The notes: a model not told the origin generated them from the letters alone. Counted from the first letter of the stretch, positions 24,991 to 37,113 are shown. The stretch: 64,000 nt of DNA from Octopus sinensis (GCF_006345805.1 NC_042999.1:37510001-37574000), one strand, 5' to 3'. Numbers and translations: made by a program.

Positions 24991-25304
24991 GAGGCGCAAT
25001 GGCCCAGTGGTTAGGGCAGCGGACTCGTGATCAGAGGATCGCAGTTTCAATTCCCAGATCAGGCGTTGTGTGTGTTTATTGAGCCAAAACACCTAGAGCT
25101 CCACGAGGCTCCATCAGAGGGTGGTGGCGATCCCTGTTTTACTCTATCGCCCCAACTTTCTCTTGCTCTTTCTTCCTGTTTCTTGAGTAACGCTGTGATG
25201 GACTGGCATCCCATCCAGCTGGGGGGAACACATATGCCACAGAAACTGGGAAACAGGGCCCATGAGCCTGGCTAGGCATTAAAAGGGCACATAAATAAAA
25301 ATAA
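24991..25304 (+). mobile_element. SINE family B (tail type B3)
   Basis: A and B boxes; 15-bp direct repeat ATCTAAACATACATG (24976-24990, 25305-25319). Confidence 0.9.
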
Positions 25305-25319
25305 ATCTAAACATACATG

Positions 25320-25465
25320 ATGGAGTATGTGTTGGTGCCACATAAAAAGCACCCAGTACACTCTTTGGAGTGGTGAGCATTAGGATGGGCATCCAGCCAT
25401 AGAAACCATGCCAGAACAGATACTGGAGCCTGGTGTGTCCAACCCATGCCAGCATGGAAAACATA
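25320..25465 (+). mobile_element. RTE 3'-tail fragment, diverged
   Basis: GGTGCCACATAAAAAGCACCC...GGGCATCCAGC homology to 12760-12920. Confidence 0.7.
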
Positions 25466-25470
25466 TATAT

Positions 25471-25930
25471 ATGAGTTGTTTTGACTTCTATTTCTAGCAA
25501 TACTGGTGCTAACTAGCACCCTTAGTCGCTTTAATGATGTATATATTTTTACCTTTCAGTTGAAAAATTGCTAACAAGCCACCCTTATTATTTATAATTT
25601 TCACTTTTAACATTTATGAAATCAGTGTATGATTTCTATGGTAATCTTCAAAGCTGACAAGGCAAGTTGAGTTTAACCCTAGGCGCTGGAAAAGACCCTG
25701 ATGAGCATTAATGTAAATGTGAAATCACTGGTGATCTGGCTATGCCCGGTATTGAGAGAGCTTCCCTTGTCACTCATCAAAATAGTGCTTATCATGGCTA
25801 TGAGTTGTTTGGATTTTTATTTCTAGCAATACAGAAGCTACTAATGCCCTTAGTCACTTTAGTGATGTATAATTTTGCCTTTTAGTTGAAAAATTGTTAA
25901 CAAGCCGGTGTGGCTGTGTGGTAAGTAGCT
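25471..25930 (+). repeat. 329-bp-period direct repeat (about 1.35 units); second unit interrupted by SINE A
   Basis: 25471-25580 and 25800-25906 are roughly 80% identical by eye; unit sequence resumes briefly after the SINE (AAGCCATCTTTATTAT at about 26349). Confidence 0.8.
25655..25772 (+). ncRNA. Type I hammerhead ribozyme fold (probably decayed)
   Basis: Core CTGATGA 25698-25704; stem II GCATT/AATGT; GAAA 25721-25724; stem III ATCA/TGAT; AUC site at C25736; proximal stem I mismatched; distal helix 25655-25667/25760-25772. Confidence 0.6.
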
Positions 25931-26071
25931 TGCTAACCAACCACATGGTTCCGGGTTCAGTCCCACTGCGTGGCATCTTGGGCAAGTGTCTTCTGCTATA
26001 GCCTCGGGCTGACCAAAGCCTTGTGAGTGGATTTGGTAGACAGGAACTGAAAGAAGCCTTTCGTATATATG

Positions 26072-26125
<54 letters not shown>

Positions 26126-26347
26126 TGTGTATCTGTGTTTGTCCCTCTAGCATTGCTTGACAACCGATGCTGGTGTGTTTACGTCCCCGTCACTTAGCGG
26201 TTCGGCAAAAGAGACTGACAGAATAAGTACTGGGCTTACAAAGAATAAGTCCCGGAGTTGATTTGCTCGAACAAAGGCGGTGCTCCAGCATGGCCGCAGT
26301 CAAATGACTGAAACAAGTAAAAAAAAAAAGAAGAAAAAAAAAAGAGT
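25907..26347 (+). mobile_element. SINE family A, full length
   Basis: Homology; flanked by AAGCC on both sides. Confidence 0.9.
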
Positions 26348-26383
26348 AAGCCATCTTTATTATCATTTATATACATATATGCT

Positions 26384-26719
26384 GAGACCCACTTCTGTCA
26401 TGACTGACTGTGGGATTGCACCTAGAAAGTTAACCTCCCAGGCACAAGTACAGGCAACATTGTTTATGGAAGACCAGCAGTCACCCATGCATACCAGCCT
26501 CCCTCTCCATGCCACCGATGTTATCCAAGGGAAAGGCAAAGAATGATACAGTTTGGCACCAGTGATATCTCAACTCATTTCTATAGCTGAGTGAACTGGA
26601 GCAACGTGAAATAAAGTGTCTTGCTCAAGAACACAACATGTAGCCTGGCCTGGGATTCGAACTCACAACCTCACGATCATAAGCTCAACACTCTAACCAC
26701 TGAGCCATGCGCCTTCACA
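26384..26719 (-). mobile_element. SINE family C (tail C2)
   Basis: Head TGTGAAGGCGCATGGCTCAGTGG; homologous to 44119-44448. Confidence 0.85.
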
Positions 26720-27129
26720 TATATACATATCACTATATTGGCCATTTGTTAAACACTGCTGATCAAATGATGCTACCACACTGGCAATGTAGGCCAACAT
26801 TCCCCTTGAACAAATGCCAGTCCATCAGAGGGTTACCCATTTACAGTTGAGAGGACTGGAGCATGGTGAAAGGAAGAGTTTTGCTTAAGAATACAGCATA
26901 TTGCCAATCTGGGAACCAAAACCATGATCTTGCAATCGTAAGTGCAACACCCTAACACACTATCATCAGAATCATCATTTTACGTCTGTTTTCCATGCAG
27001 GTATGGGTTAGGCATTTTATCAATATTGATTCAGAATTACCTTCCTTGATGAGTTGGAGGGCCACTCTTGCTGGAGTATTTCATTTTGTGATAGAATAAT
27101 TAAGCTTAGGTTACTTTTGGACAACATGA

Positions 27130-27630
27130 CAACAACATTTATCTTTGCTTACAGAACAAAGTCAGCGTTGGCAGATGAACAGAAGGATCACTTTTATGCA
27201 ATGCAACTTTATCATCATAGCCATCAAATGTAATGGACTTGCTGAACAACATTACATGTGCCTTGCTGGTGTACATGAAAACTATTGTCATGGCACAAGA
27301 AATGAGGAGAGCTCAAGGATCCTGGAGTCCTGTGATACAAATGCCCTTACCATTTGCAACATTAACTTCAAGAAACCAGTCAACCATTTGATTACCTACT
27401 GTATAAGTGAACATACAAGTCAAATAGACTTCTTATTGACCAAGAAAGGAGATATACAGATGGTTGTGAATACTAAGCCCATACCTGGTAAGCAATATAC
27501 CACTGAATATAGACCAGCAGTTAGTGACTTCAGAGTAAGAGCTAGATGAACCCAAAGACCAAAGGCCATCTGGTATAGGAGGTTATGAGATTTGAAAGAG
27601 CTAACAACCAACACTAGGTTAGAGAGATAT
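27130..27630 (+). pseudogene. RTE LINE apurinic endonuclease fragment
   Basis: GTRNEESSRILESC...LTICNINFKKPVNHLITY...SQIDFLL...IPGKQ is characteristic of the RTE APE domain. Confidence 0.8.
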
Positions 27631-27764
27631 TGATGTATATGACAAGAGAGAGAAGGAGACAGAAAATTATAACAACTGGGTGTTTCTTTAGGACAACCTA
27701 CAGAGAGTAACAAACTAAACCAATGGCTGATAAAGTCCCAACCAGACAGAGAGAGTAACATGGT

Positions 27765-27970
27765 ACGAGCTGTCAGAATTGTTAGCACGCCGGGCGAAAT
27801 GCTTAGCGGTATTTCGCCTGCCGCTACGTTCTGAGTTCTAATTCCACTAAGGTCGACTTTGCCTTTCATCCTTTCAAGGTTGATAAAATAAGTACCAGTT
27901 GAACACTGGGGTCAATGTAATTGACTCGTTCCACCTCCCCAAGCTGCCCTTGTGGCAAAAATTTGAAATT
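27765..27970 (+). mobile_element. SINE family G
   Basis: GTTAGCACGCCGGGCGAAATGCTTAGCGG...GTCGACTTTGCCTTTCATCC. Confidence 0.8.
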
Positions 27971-28089
27971 AACAGATCAGTTCTGTACAGAGAAAGAGAG
28001 CTATAAAGGCTAAGAGGGAAGCATATGAAAGAAGAAAGAAGGCAACAAAAAGCAATATCAAATAGCAAGAAGAGAAGCTAGAGGTCATG

Positions 28090-29211
28090 TACACAAGGTG
28101 GTATCAAAACGTTTGCAGACTAGTTATGTTAAATAAAAAATAACTATCTATGCTTTATCTATGTTTCAACATCATCTCCTTTGAAATGGTTACCTTGCAC
28201 AGCAATACACTGGTCCTAGTGTTTCTGCCACTTTTGGAATCTAGCCTGGAAATCATTTTCTACAAATGAGTCAAGGATCTTCTGCAATTCACTCTGGATC
28301 TCAACAACGGTGTTGAAACAGTGACCTTTGAGCTGCATTTTCCTCTTGGGGAAGAAATGGAAGTCTGCAGTTGCTAAATCTGGTGATCAGGGCAGGAGCA
28401 GAAGCAATACCATGTTGATTTTGGCAAGAAACTCATGTGTGAAGAGGGCTCAGTGATAGGGTGCATTGTCACAGTGAAGAACCCAATTCTTCACGCTAGA
28501 CAGATCTGGTTGCTTTCACCAAACGTCCTCCCGCAAATGCTTCAAAATATCATTGATTGTCCTCTGATGATCCTCATGGAGAAGCTCATGTATTTTCTTC
28601 ACATTTCTAGGAGGTGACACTTGTGGCAGGTCTTCGAGATCACTCACCATCTTCCAGAGATGTTCTTCTGCTTTTGAAGCACTCATGCCAATCAAAACAT
28701 TGCGTATGACCCATTGCCTCGTTGCCATAAGCTTGCCAAAGCATGCTCAATGTCTCTGTAGCAGACTTCTCAAGTTTAACACAAAATTTCCTGTTTGCTC
28801 TTTGTTCCAATTTCCAGTTCATGACAAAATCGCAGACTACAGCATACAAGTGATCCCCAAAACACAAATTTTACAACTTGCAAAGTAAATACAGTGATGT
28901 CACTTGGCACACTGCTTCATGAAGGTTACTGCTAGATCTCACAGTACACACAACCGTGAGCTGCCATCTATTGGCGTGCAACAAAACTAGTCTACTCTCT
29001 TTCTCTTTTCTTTTTTACTTGTTTCAGTCATTTGACTGCATCCATGCTGGAGAACTGCCTTTAGTCGAGCAAATCGACCCTGGGACTTATTCTTTGTAAG
29101 CCCAGTACTTATTCTATCGGTCTCTTTTGCCGAACCGCTAAGTGACGGGGACGTAAACATACCAGCATCGGTTGTCAAGCAATGCTAGGACAAACACAGA
29201 CACACACACGC

Positions 29212-29246
<35 letters not shown>

Positions 29247-29420
29247 CGACAGGCTTCTTTCAGTTTCCGTCTACCAAATCCACTCACAAGGCATTGGTCA
29301 GCCCGAGGCTATAGCAGAAGACATTTGCCCAAGATGCCACGCAGTGGGACTGAACCCGGAACCATGTGGTTGGTAAGCAAGCTACTTACTACACAACCAC
29401 TCCTTTGATACTATTTAGTA
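28090..29420 (-). mobile_element. Internally deleted mariner transposon, right TIR split by SINE A
   Basis: N-terminus KLEQRANRKFCVKLEKSATETLSML; C-terminal remnants W.LHCDNAPYH and SPDLATADF.FFPK; TA flanks; left TIR at 28092, right TIR pieces 28980-28993 and 29403-29418. Confidence 0.85.
28994..29404 (-). mobile_element. SINE family A, full length
   Basis: Homology to other A copies. Confidence 0.9.
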
Positions 29421-29519
29421 TAGGGAGAAGCTGAAAGTAAGAAATTTGCTCATGCTCTGCAATGTGAAGGTATGTAGCATGAAGTATTCTGGATTGCAAG
29501 TTAACAAGAGAAAAATCGT

Positions 29520-29880
29520 GATATCTTTGTAGAAAAGTATGTACAGAATATTAATGACAGGACACCTCTTCTTACTGACATTGAAAAGAAAGAGGCATAG
29601 AAGTGCTATAATGAAAACTAGTTGAATGTAGAGAATACATGGGGGAAAGATTTTCCCAAGTAGACCTCATAGAGAGAGACCAGCCATTGAAGTTGACAGT
29701 AGTATGGTACATAGAGCAATTAATGACATAAAGTGCAGAGAAGACACCTGGTCCATCAGAAATTACTGCTGAGATGCTTAAAATACCTAGAGTGGGACAT
29801 GGGATAATCACTTGCATAGTAAATCAGGTAGTTCAAAGGGTTATCATACCAATGATTAGTATAGCTCATCATTAACTGAA
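29520..29880 (+). pseudogene. RTE LINE fragment (linker to RT N-terminus)
   Basis: With frameshifts: LNVENTW...KTPGPSEITAEMLK...GIITCIVNQVV. Confidence 0.7.
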
Positions 29881-30039
29881 TATAGGCAAAAGAGAAGCAT
29901 GAGAGAAAGAAAAATAGAATGATCATAGTGTTAAACTAAATTATGAACATTTACAGAAATATTTTGATGTGTCTAGGGAATGTCATACTAACTTGTTATA
30001 TAACACACACAGTGGTTCGATTTTCATAAATTTATTAGT

Positions 30040-30300
30040 TATATTTTTGCTTCCAAAATTTTTGTTGCTTTTGCAACCTTGTCAGTGGATATTCACTCTG
30101 AATCATTGACAAGGTTGTAAAAGCAAAGAAAATTTTAGAAGAAGAAAATATAAATAATAAATGAGTGGAAATTGAACCAGTGAGTGTGTTAAATAAGAAG
30201 GCATTAAGACAATGTGACTCTCCCCAGACACAACAAAATTTGTTTTAACACATGAATTCACATACAGAAGCTTGCAAACCAGATACAAAAAAAGAAGTAC
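30040..30300. repeat. Unclassified dispersed repeat with about 30-bp internal inverted repeat
   Basis: Related to 8281-8350 and 45780-46045. Confidence 0.6.
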
Positions 30301-30409
30301 TTACATTATTATAAAGGAAGTTATCCAAGATGAGATGCAGTATGGTTTTGTGTTTGGATTGGAAGAAGTACTATTGCTGCCACTTTCCTAGTGAGACAAT
30401 AGCAGAATA

Positions 30410-30476
<67 letters not shown>

Positions 30477-30494
30477 CCTTTTTTTTTTCAATTG

Positions 30495-32427
30495 ACAAAT
30501 GGAAAAGCTCCAGAAGATGGTATTCCTGGAGAAATCTTTAAATGTGGCAGTAATACTTTGATAGATAAATTGAGAGCTTATAGTCCATATATGGCAAATA
30601 GGAACTATCCTGCAACAATTTAAAGATGCAATGATTATACAGCTATATAAGTATAAAGGCAATAAGTGCAAATGTGACAATCATTGTGGCATATTGCTGC
30701 ACTCCAACGCAAGGAAAATCCTCTCTAGAGTCATCTTAAACAGAATTAATACTGACTTAGTCGTTACTGCCTATCTAGACAGTCAGAATGGGTTTGGGTT
30801 AGGTTGAGGGACTATTTTTTTTTTTTGCAGTAATGCTGGCATGTGCCTTTTCTGATGTAGATGAGGGTATATTTCTTGAGTATAGGCCAATGGGTGGCAT
30901 CTTCAACCAACAGCATTTCAAAGCAAGGACTAATGGTTGCATTTCAGACAATAAGAGACTTGCTGTTTGCAGATGGTTGTTCCCTAATTGCTCACACACT
31001 CAAGCACATCCAGCACATTGTCAATAGATTTGCAGCAGCAACCAGATCTTTTGGTTTAACAATCAGCATGAAAAAAATTGAACTGCTGTGTTAGCCATGT
31101 CCTGGTAAGCCATCTTACCCAGCACGTTTGTTGAAGACAAAGCTCTGAAAACAGTTGATGTTTTCACATATTTGGGTCCTATAGTAACAAGCAAGGCTAA
31201 ATTCGATAAGTAGGTTCAAACTCATACTGGAAAGGCCAGTACAGCTTTTGGGAAGCTCTATGATTGACTTTGGAATGCCCATGTCTTAGTGAGAATGAAA
31301 ACAGATGTGTATAAGTTAATTGTCCTAAAGATTCATTTATATAGAGTAGAGACCTAGATACCTAACTGTAAGCCCATCAGTCAACTGAACAGCTTTCGTA
31401 TGAAATGCGTTAGACAAATATACAAGGCTATGTGAGATGATAGAGCAAAGAACAGCACCATGCTGGAAATGTGTGATAAACCTGGTATGGATGGAAGCAC
31501 TCCATCGGTTACGACGACGAGGGTTCCGGTTGATCCGAATCAATGGAACAGCCTGCTCGTGAAATTAACGTGTAAGTGGCTGAGCACTCCACAGACACGT
31601 GTACCCTTAACGTAGTTCTCGGGGATATTCAGCGTGACACAGAGAGTGACAAGGTCGGCCCTTTGAAATACAGGTACAACAGAAACAGGAAGTAAGAGTG
31701 AGAGAAAGTTGTGGTGAAAGAGTACAGCAGGGATCACCACCATCCCCTGCCCGGAGCCTCGTGGAACTTTTAGATGTTTTCGCTCAATAAACACTCACAA
31801 CGCCCGGTCTGGGAATCGAAACCGCGTCCTATGACCGCGAGTCTGCTGCCCTAACCACTGGGCCATTGCGCCTCCACTAAACCTGGTATAGAAGCTTTCT
31901 TAATCAAGTCTCATATGTGATGGTGTGGGTACATCTCTTGTATGAATAATCAAAACAATTCTTTTCAGGTTAACTTGAAAATTCACAACACAATGTAGGC
32001 TGGCCATTTCTGTGGTATAAGAATAAATTCAAAGATGATTTGAAACACCTGAATACCAGAAAAGAAAACTTTGGGAATCTTGTGAAAAACCATGCAACTG
32101 GATGAGAGAGTGCTTTTTCTAGCTTCAAGGTTTTAAAACTCAAAGGGTACTTCATCAAGATCAGTTATGGGAAAATAAGAAAATAATCAAGCAGAACAAC
32201 AATCTTCTTGCAAATTACTACTGTCCGCATTGTGATTTCACATCTAGGTCACATGCTGGTTTAATAAGTCATGTTCATATCCATATTGATCCAAATAATG
32301 TAAATTACCTGTGTAGTGGATGTAATGGTTTCTGTAAATCAGTTGGGTGACCTGAAGACTCACATGAGGAGTCACCAAATAAAATAAATAAATTGTAAAC
32401 ATTGGTAAATAATAATAATAATAATAA
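30495..32427 (+). mobile_element. Degenerate RTE (BovB-like) LINE: RT domain, C-terminal zinc fingers, (TAA)n tail
   Basis: NGKAP.DGIPGEIFKCG; IRDLLFADGC; FGLTISMKK; FTYLG; GKASTAFGKL; CPHC...H...H; internal deletion at about 30790; SINE inserted at 31489. Confidence 0.85.
31489..31877 (-). mobile_element. Chimeric SINE (B head + C1 tail)
   Basis: 12-bp TSD TAAACCTGGTAT (31477-31488, 31878-31889); the LINE reading continues across the insertion. Confidence 0.9.
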
Positions 32428-33100
32428 ATGCCCTGATGCAATACCAGGCAGTGGCTATGCCCTGATGCAGTACCAGGCAGTGGCTATGCCCTGATGCAGT
32501 ACCAGGCAGTGGCTATGCCCTGATGCAGTACCAGGCAGTGGCTATGCCCTGATGCAGTACCAGGCAGTGGCTCTCATGGCTTCTGATTTTAACTGATTAG
32601 AAGTGTTATCATGTACATTGTTTTGTCTTGGTATAAAAGATGGGCTACAGCAAATATTCTGCTCAAAACCACAGATTTGCTTGTCAGTTGTTTGACCGTA
32701 ACCAGTTGACCATGTCCTTTAGTGGCTGACGATATGTGTATCTCTGATCACGAGCAGAAGTTGTGGGGGAGCATCATAGCTAAGTGTTGAAAGGAATTCT
32801 TAGAGGTTTGGATAATCCACCTTTGGAAACATGGGTGTTTCGTTCAACATCCTTAAACAATCCTTATTCAGGGACCTTTTGAGTGGGATGGGCTACTCAA
32901 CCAGAAGAAAATTCTAACTGGACCCCACCTGCAAGGTCATGCGTTGTTTATCTTGATATAAGATCACCATGTCATGCACATATGATTGTGATACATTTGC
33001 TTGGTGTACCTTTATCAGATGGGTAGTCATGATGGGTATACTGGGCTTTGTATATTTTACCCCAGTGTCACTTTGATGGCATGCACTGCTCTCTCACTCA
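32428..33100. mobile_element. Non-coding element inserted in (TAA)n, with 5 x 29-bp tandem repeat at one end
   Basis: Bounded by AAT repeats on both sides; unit ATGCCCTGATGCAGTACCAGGCAGTGGCT at 32428-32572. Confidence 0.55.
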
Positions 33101-33142
33101 ATAATAATAATAATAATACTACTAATACTAATACTATACTAC

Positions 33143-33196
<54 letters not shown>

Positions 33197-33355
33197 GAAG
33201 AAGAAGAAAGAAGAAGAAGAAGAAGAAGAAAGAAGAAGAAGAAAGAAAAAGAAGAAGAAGAATAGGAAGAAGAGAAGAAGAAGAAGAAGAAGAGACGAAA
33301 AGAAGAAGAAGAAGAAGAAGAAGAAGAAGAAGAAAAAGAAGAAGAAGAAGAAGAA
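33100..33355. repeat. (TAA)n then (GAA)n microsatellites
   Basis: Direct reading. Confidence 0.95.
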
Positions 33356-33567
33356 TCCTTTCTACTATAGGCACAAGGCCTGAAATTTGGTGGAGAGGAT
33401 AGTCAATTACATTGACCCCCAGTACTTGACTGGTACTTAATTTATCAACCTGGAAAGGATGAAAGACAAAGTTGACCTTGGCGGAATTTGAACTCAGAAC
33501 GTAAGGATGGATGAAATGCAGCTAAGCATTTTGCTCAGCATGCTAACAATTCTGTTAGCTCACCACC

Positions 33568-33568
<1 letters not shown>
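33355..33568 (-). mobile_element. SINE family G
   Basis: Reverse-complement homology; (TAA)n at both ends. Confidence 0.8.
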
Positions 33569-33615
<47 letters not shown>

Positions 33616-33789
33616 GTATTGTTAATTGCCTCTTTGTGTGCCAATATCATTTTCTGGTAAAACTAGCTTGTTTGTTTTTCTTTTTCTGCTATTATTACAT
33701 TATTCATAGTTGGATTCTATCTTCCTCTCACTCATACATCATCTTTGATGGGAGATTCCATCATTTATGTGTGTGTGTGTGTGTGTATG

Positions 33790-33790
33790 C

Positions 33791-33833
<43 letters not shown>

Positions 33834-34400
33834 GTTTAATGTCCGCTTTCCATGCTGGCATGGGTTGGACGATTTGACTGAGGTCTGGCGAACCAGATGG
33901 TTGCACCAGGCTCCAATCTTGATCTGGCAGAGTTTCTTCAGCTGGATGCCCTTCCTAACGCCAACCACTCCGAGAGTGTAGTGGGTGACTCCAATCTGAT
34001 CTAGCAGAGTTTCTACAGCTTGATGCCCTTCCTAACGCCAACCACTCCGAGAGTGTAGTGGGTGACTCCAATCTGATCTAGCAGAGTTTCTACAGCTGGA
34101 TGCCCTTCCTAGCGCCAACCACTCCGAGAGTGTAGTGGGTGACTCCAATCTGATCTAGCAGAGTTTCTACAGCTTGATGCCCTTCCTAACGCCAACCACT
34201 CCGAGAGTGTAGTGGGTGACTCCAATCTGATCTAGCAGAGTTTCTACAGCTGGATGCCCTTCCTAGCGCCAACCACTCCGAGAGTGTAGTGGGTGCTTTT
34301 ATGTGCCACTGGCACGAGGGCCAATTAGGTGGTACTAGCAACGGCTACACTCAAATGGTATGTACATTTTTATGACTACTAGAAAACTGCCAGTGTTATA
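33790..34400 (-). mobile_element. RTE 3'-tail element with 5 x 77-bp internal tandem repeat
   Basis: (CAT)n end; units start at about 33913, 33991, 34068, 34145 and 34222. Confidence 0.8.
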
Positions 34401-34500
34401 NNNNNNNNNNNNNNNNNNNNNNNNNNNNNNNNNNNNNNNNNNNNNNNNNNNNNNNNNNNNNNNNNNNNNNNNNNNNNNNNNNNNNNNNNNNNNNNNNNNN
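34401..34500. other. Assembly gap (100 N)
   Basis: Run of n. Confidence 1.
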
Positions 34501-35059
34501 CTTTGTATACTGGGTAGAATGTGTCACATAAAACATCTTTTACTCTTGGCGTTGTTGAGAAAGTTCTTATTGACAAACAACAGCAGTAATTTTTATTCAG
34601 CTGAATACACGTTTTTGATTGGTTGAAATTACCGAAATACGACAACTTTAACAAGAAATAACTTCCAAAATAAAGAATGTTCTCAACAACACCAAGAGTA
34701 AAAGATGTTTTATGTGACACATTCTACAGGTATACTAAGTTTGAAAGTGTTTAGTTACAAAAAATTTTTTTTAATCTGTCGGTCAAAAGTAAAGATCCTA
34801 AACTCTCGGTCATGACGGATCAGAAGCCAATATATCGGATTTTCCATCATTACAGCAGTGTTTCCCGAAGGAGGTTTCGTGAGATAAGGTATCTTTCAGT
34901 CAAATGTAATAAAAAATTTATCAAATAAAAGAAAACATATCCATTACTTTTAATTGATGAATAAATTTTATCTCTAAAATAGCTCTAGTTTCATTTAATG
35001 TCTTTATAGAATAGTTGTAAATCTGCCATTTTGAGAAAATCGTACAAGGGTTCCTCGTC

Positions 35060-35429
35060 GTGGCTGTGTGATAAGTAGCTTGCTTACCAGCCACATGGTT
35101 CCGTGGCACCTTGGGCAAGTGTCTTCTACTATAGACTCGGGCCGACCAAAGCCTTGTGAGTGGATTTGGTAGACGGAAACTAAAAGAAGCCCATCGTATA
35201 TATGTATATATATATATATATGTGTGTGTGTCTGTGTTTGTCCCCCCCCCCAACATCGCTTGACAACCAATGCTGGTGTGTTTACGTCCCCGTAACTTAG
35301 CGGTTCGGCGAAAGAAACCGCTAGAATAAGTACTAAGCTTACAAAGAATAAGTCCTGGGGTCGATTTGCTCGACTAAAGGCGGTGCTCCAGCATGGCCAC
35401 GGTCAAATGACTGAAACAAGTAAAAGAGT
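35060..35429 (+). mobile_element. SINE family A (small internal deletion in the head)
   Basis: Homology. Confidence 0.85.
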
Positions 35430-36721
35430 AACTGTTGACCAAATGACAACAAAAATTATTGACACCTACAAAAAAAATTCTTCGATTTAACTACGATAAA
35501 ATATTTGAACTAAACATCACTTACGTCAGCCTCACCATTCTGCGGTGGGGCCTTACAAAGTTCCCTTTGAAACCCAAAGAATCTCTTCACCGAATTGCGT
35601 TTTACAAATTATTTTCTCATACGTTTTGCAAGAAAAAAAAGGTGGCGGGGAGGACAGAAGCGAAACTATGCACTGTTGTTTATAATCCGTGTTTTCTTTA
35701 TACTATCTTCACAGCATGTACCGCTTACGAACATCATAGGCAAATCAATGAATTGGGTCCTATAATATTTATTTATCGACAGCAGGGTATGGGATACATG
35801 CATTAGAAACGGGTGCCTAGACCCGTGAGGCCTGCGAGCAAACCACCCAGTATATCCATGCTTTAAGACGGCACTGCTTGTGTCCCCTGTTAAATTTTTA
35901 TGGGATTTACTGAAGGCAAGAACTTACTTTGTTGTAAAATTGTATTTGATTTCTTTGTTTAAATCGCGGTTAAATTTTTTAATAATGTTTGAAATATAAC
36001 CATTGTACCGAGTTTTAATAGAAAAAAAAACACAATCCCTCTAAAAACTCAGTGCCCCTTTGCTATTTGCCGTTCTCTAATGAGCTCCCAAATGTCTCCA
36101 GAGGGCCTTATCGCGCTAGTCAAGAACCACTGCTTTGAGTTAAAAAACGAATAGGGTATATCATTGAACCTCTGTCGGCTGTTGTTTACACTATTTTTTT
36201 TTCTATCACCATTCTCCTGTTTGAAGAATTGGTCATCACAGCATTTCTAGGAGAGTTACTTGCATAGACTAGCATCGTGTCCAGGAGCCGACTTATCTTT
36301 CATTCAAACTTGCTCGGATTCCCAAAGAGATTAACTTACTTTTGTTGTTGTTGTTGTTCACCGCGACTCCACCCTATCAGTCCTAACACATCAGATTTAA
36401 GATCAAGGATATTCCATCCATGACCATCCCGCTGGATTTACAAAATGCAAGAAATTTAACAACAAATAGCTTACAAACTACAGAATTTTCTCCAGAAAGC
36501 CAAGAGAAAAAGATGTTTTATGTAACACATTCTACCAGTAAACGAAGTTTAAAAGTGTTTAGTTACAAAGAAATTATTTTTTAAATCTGCCGGTCAAAGT
36601 GAAAAGATCCACAGACACTGAATTATAACATCAAATGTGTCGTGATTTGAGGAATGAGGAGGAGATTGGTTGCTACTTCTAGCAGTTCAAGTGATCACGA
36701 AGAGATTCCCTTTATTTGACT

Positions 36722-37113
36722 TACTCTTTTACTTGTTTCAGTCATTTGACTGTGGCCATGATGGAGCACCGCCTTTAGTCGAGCAAATCGACCCCAGGAC
36801 ATATTCTTTGTAAGCCCAGTACTTATTCTATCGGTCTCTTTTGCCGAACCGCTAAGTAACGGGGACGTAAACACACCAGCATCGGTTGTCAAGCAATGCT
36901 AGGGGGACAAACACATACACACAAACACATATATATATATACATATATACGACAGGCTTCTTTCAGTTTCCGTCTACCAAATCCACTCACAAGGCATTGG
37001 TCGGCCCGAGGCTATAGCAGAAGACACTTGCCCAAGATGCCACGCAGTGGGACTGAACCCGGAACCATGTGGTTGGTTAGCTAGCTACTTACCACTCAGC
37101 CACTCCTGCGCCT
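36722..37113 (-). mobile_element. SINE family A, full length
   Basis: Homology. Confidence 0.9.

Noticed and set aside
35462-35480. Strong minus-strand acceptor (TTTTTTTTGTAG|GTGTC) as arrestin exon 2
   Set aside because: Reads GVNNFCCHLV and runs into SINE A; not arrestin-like.
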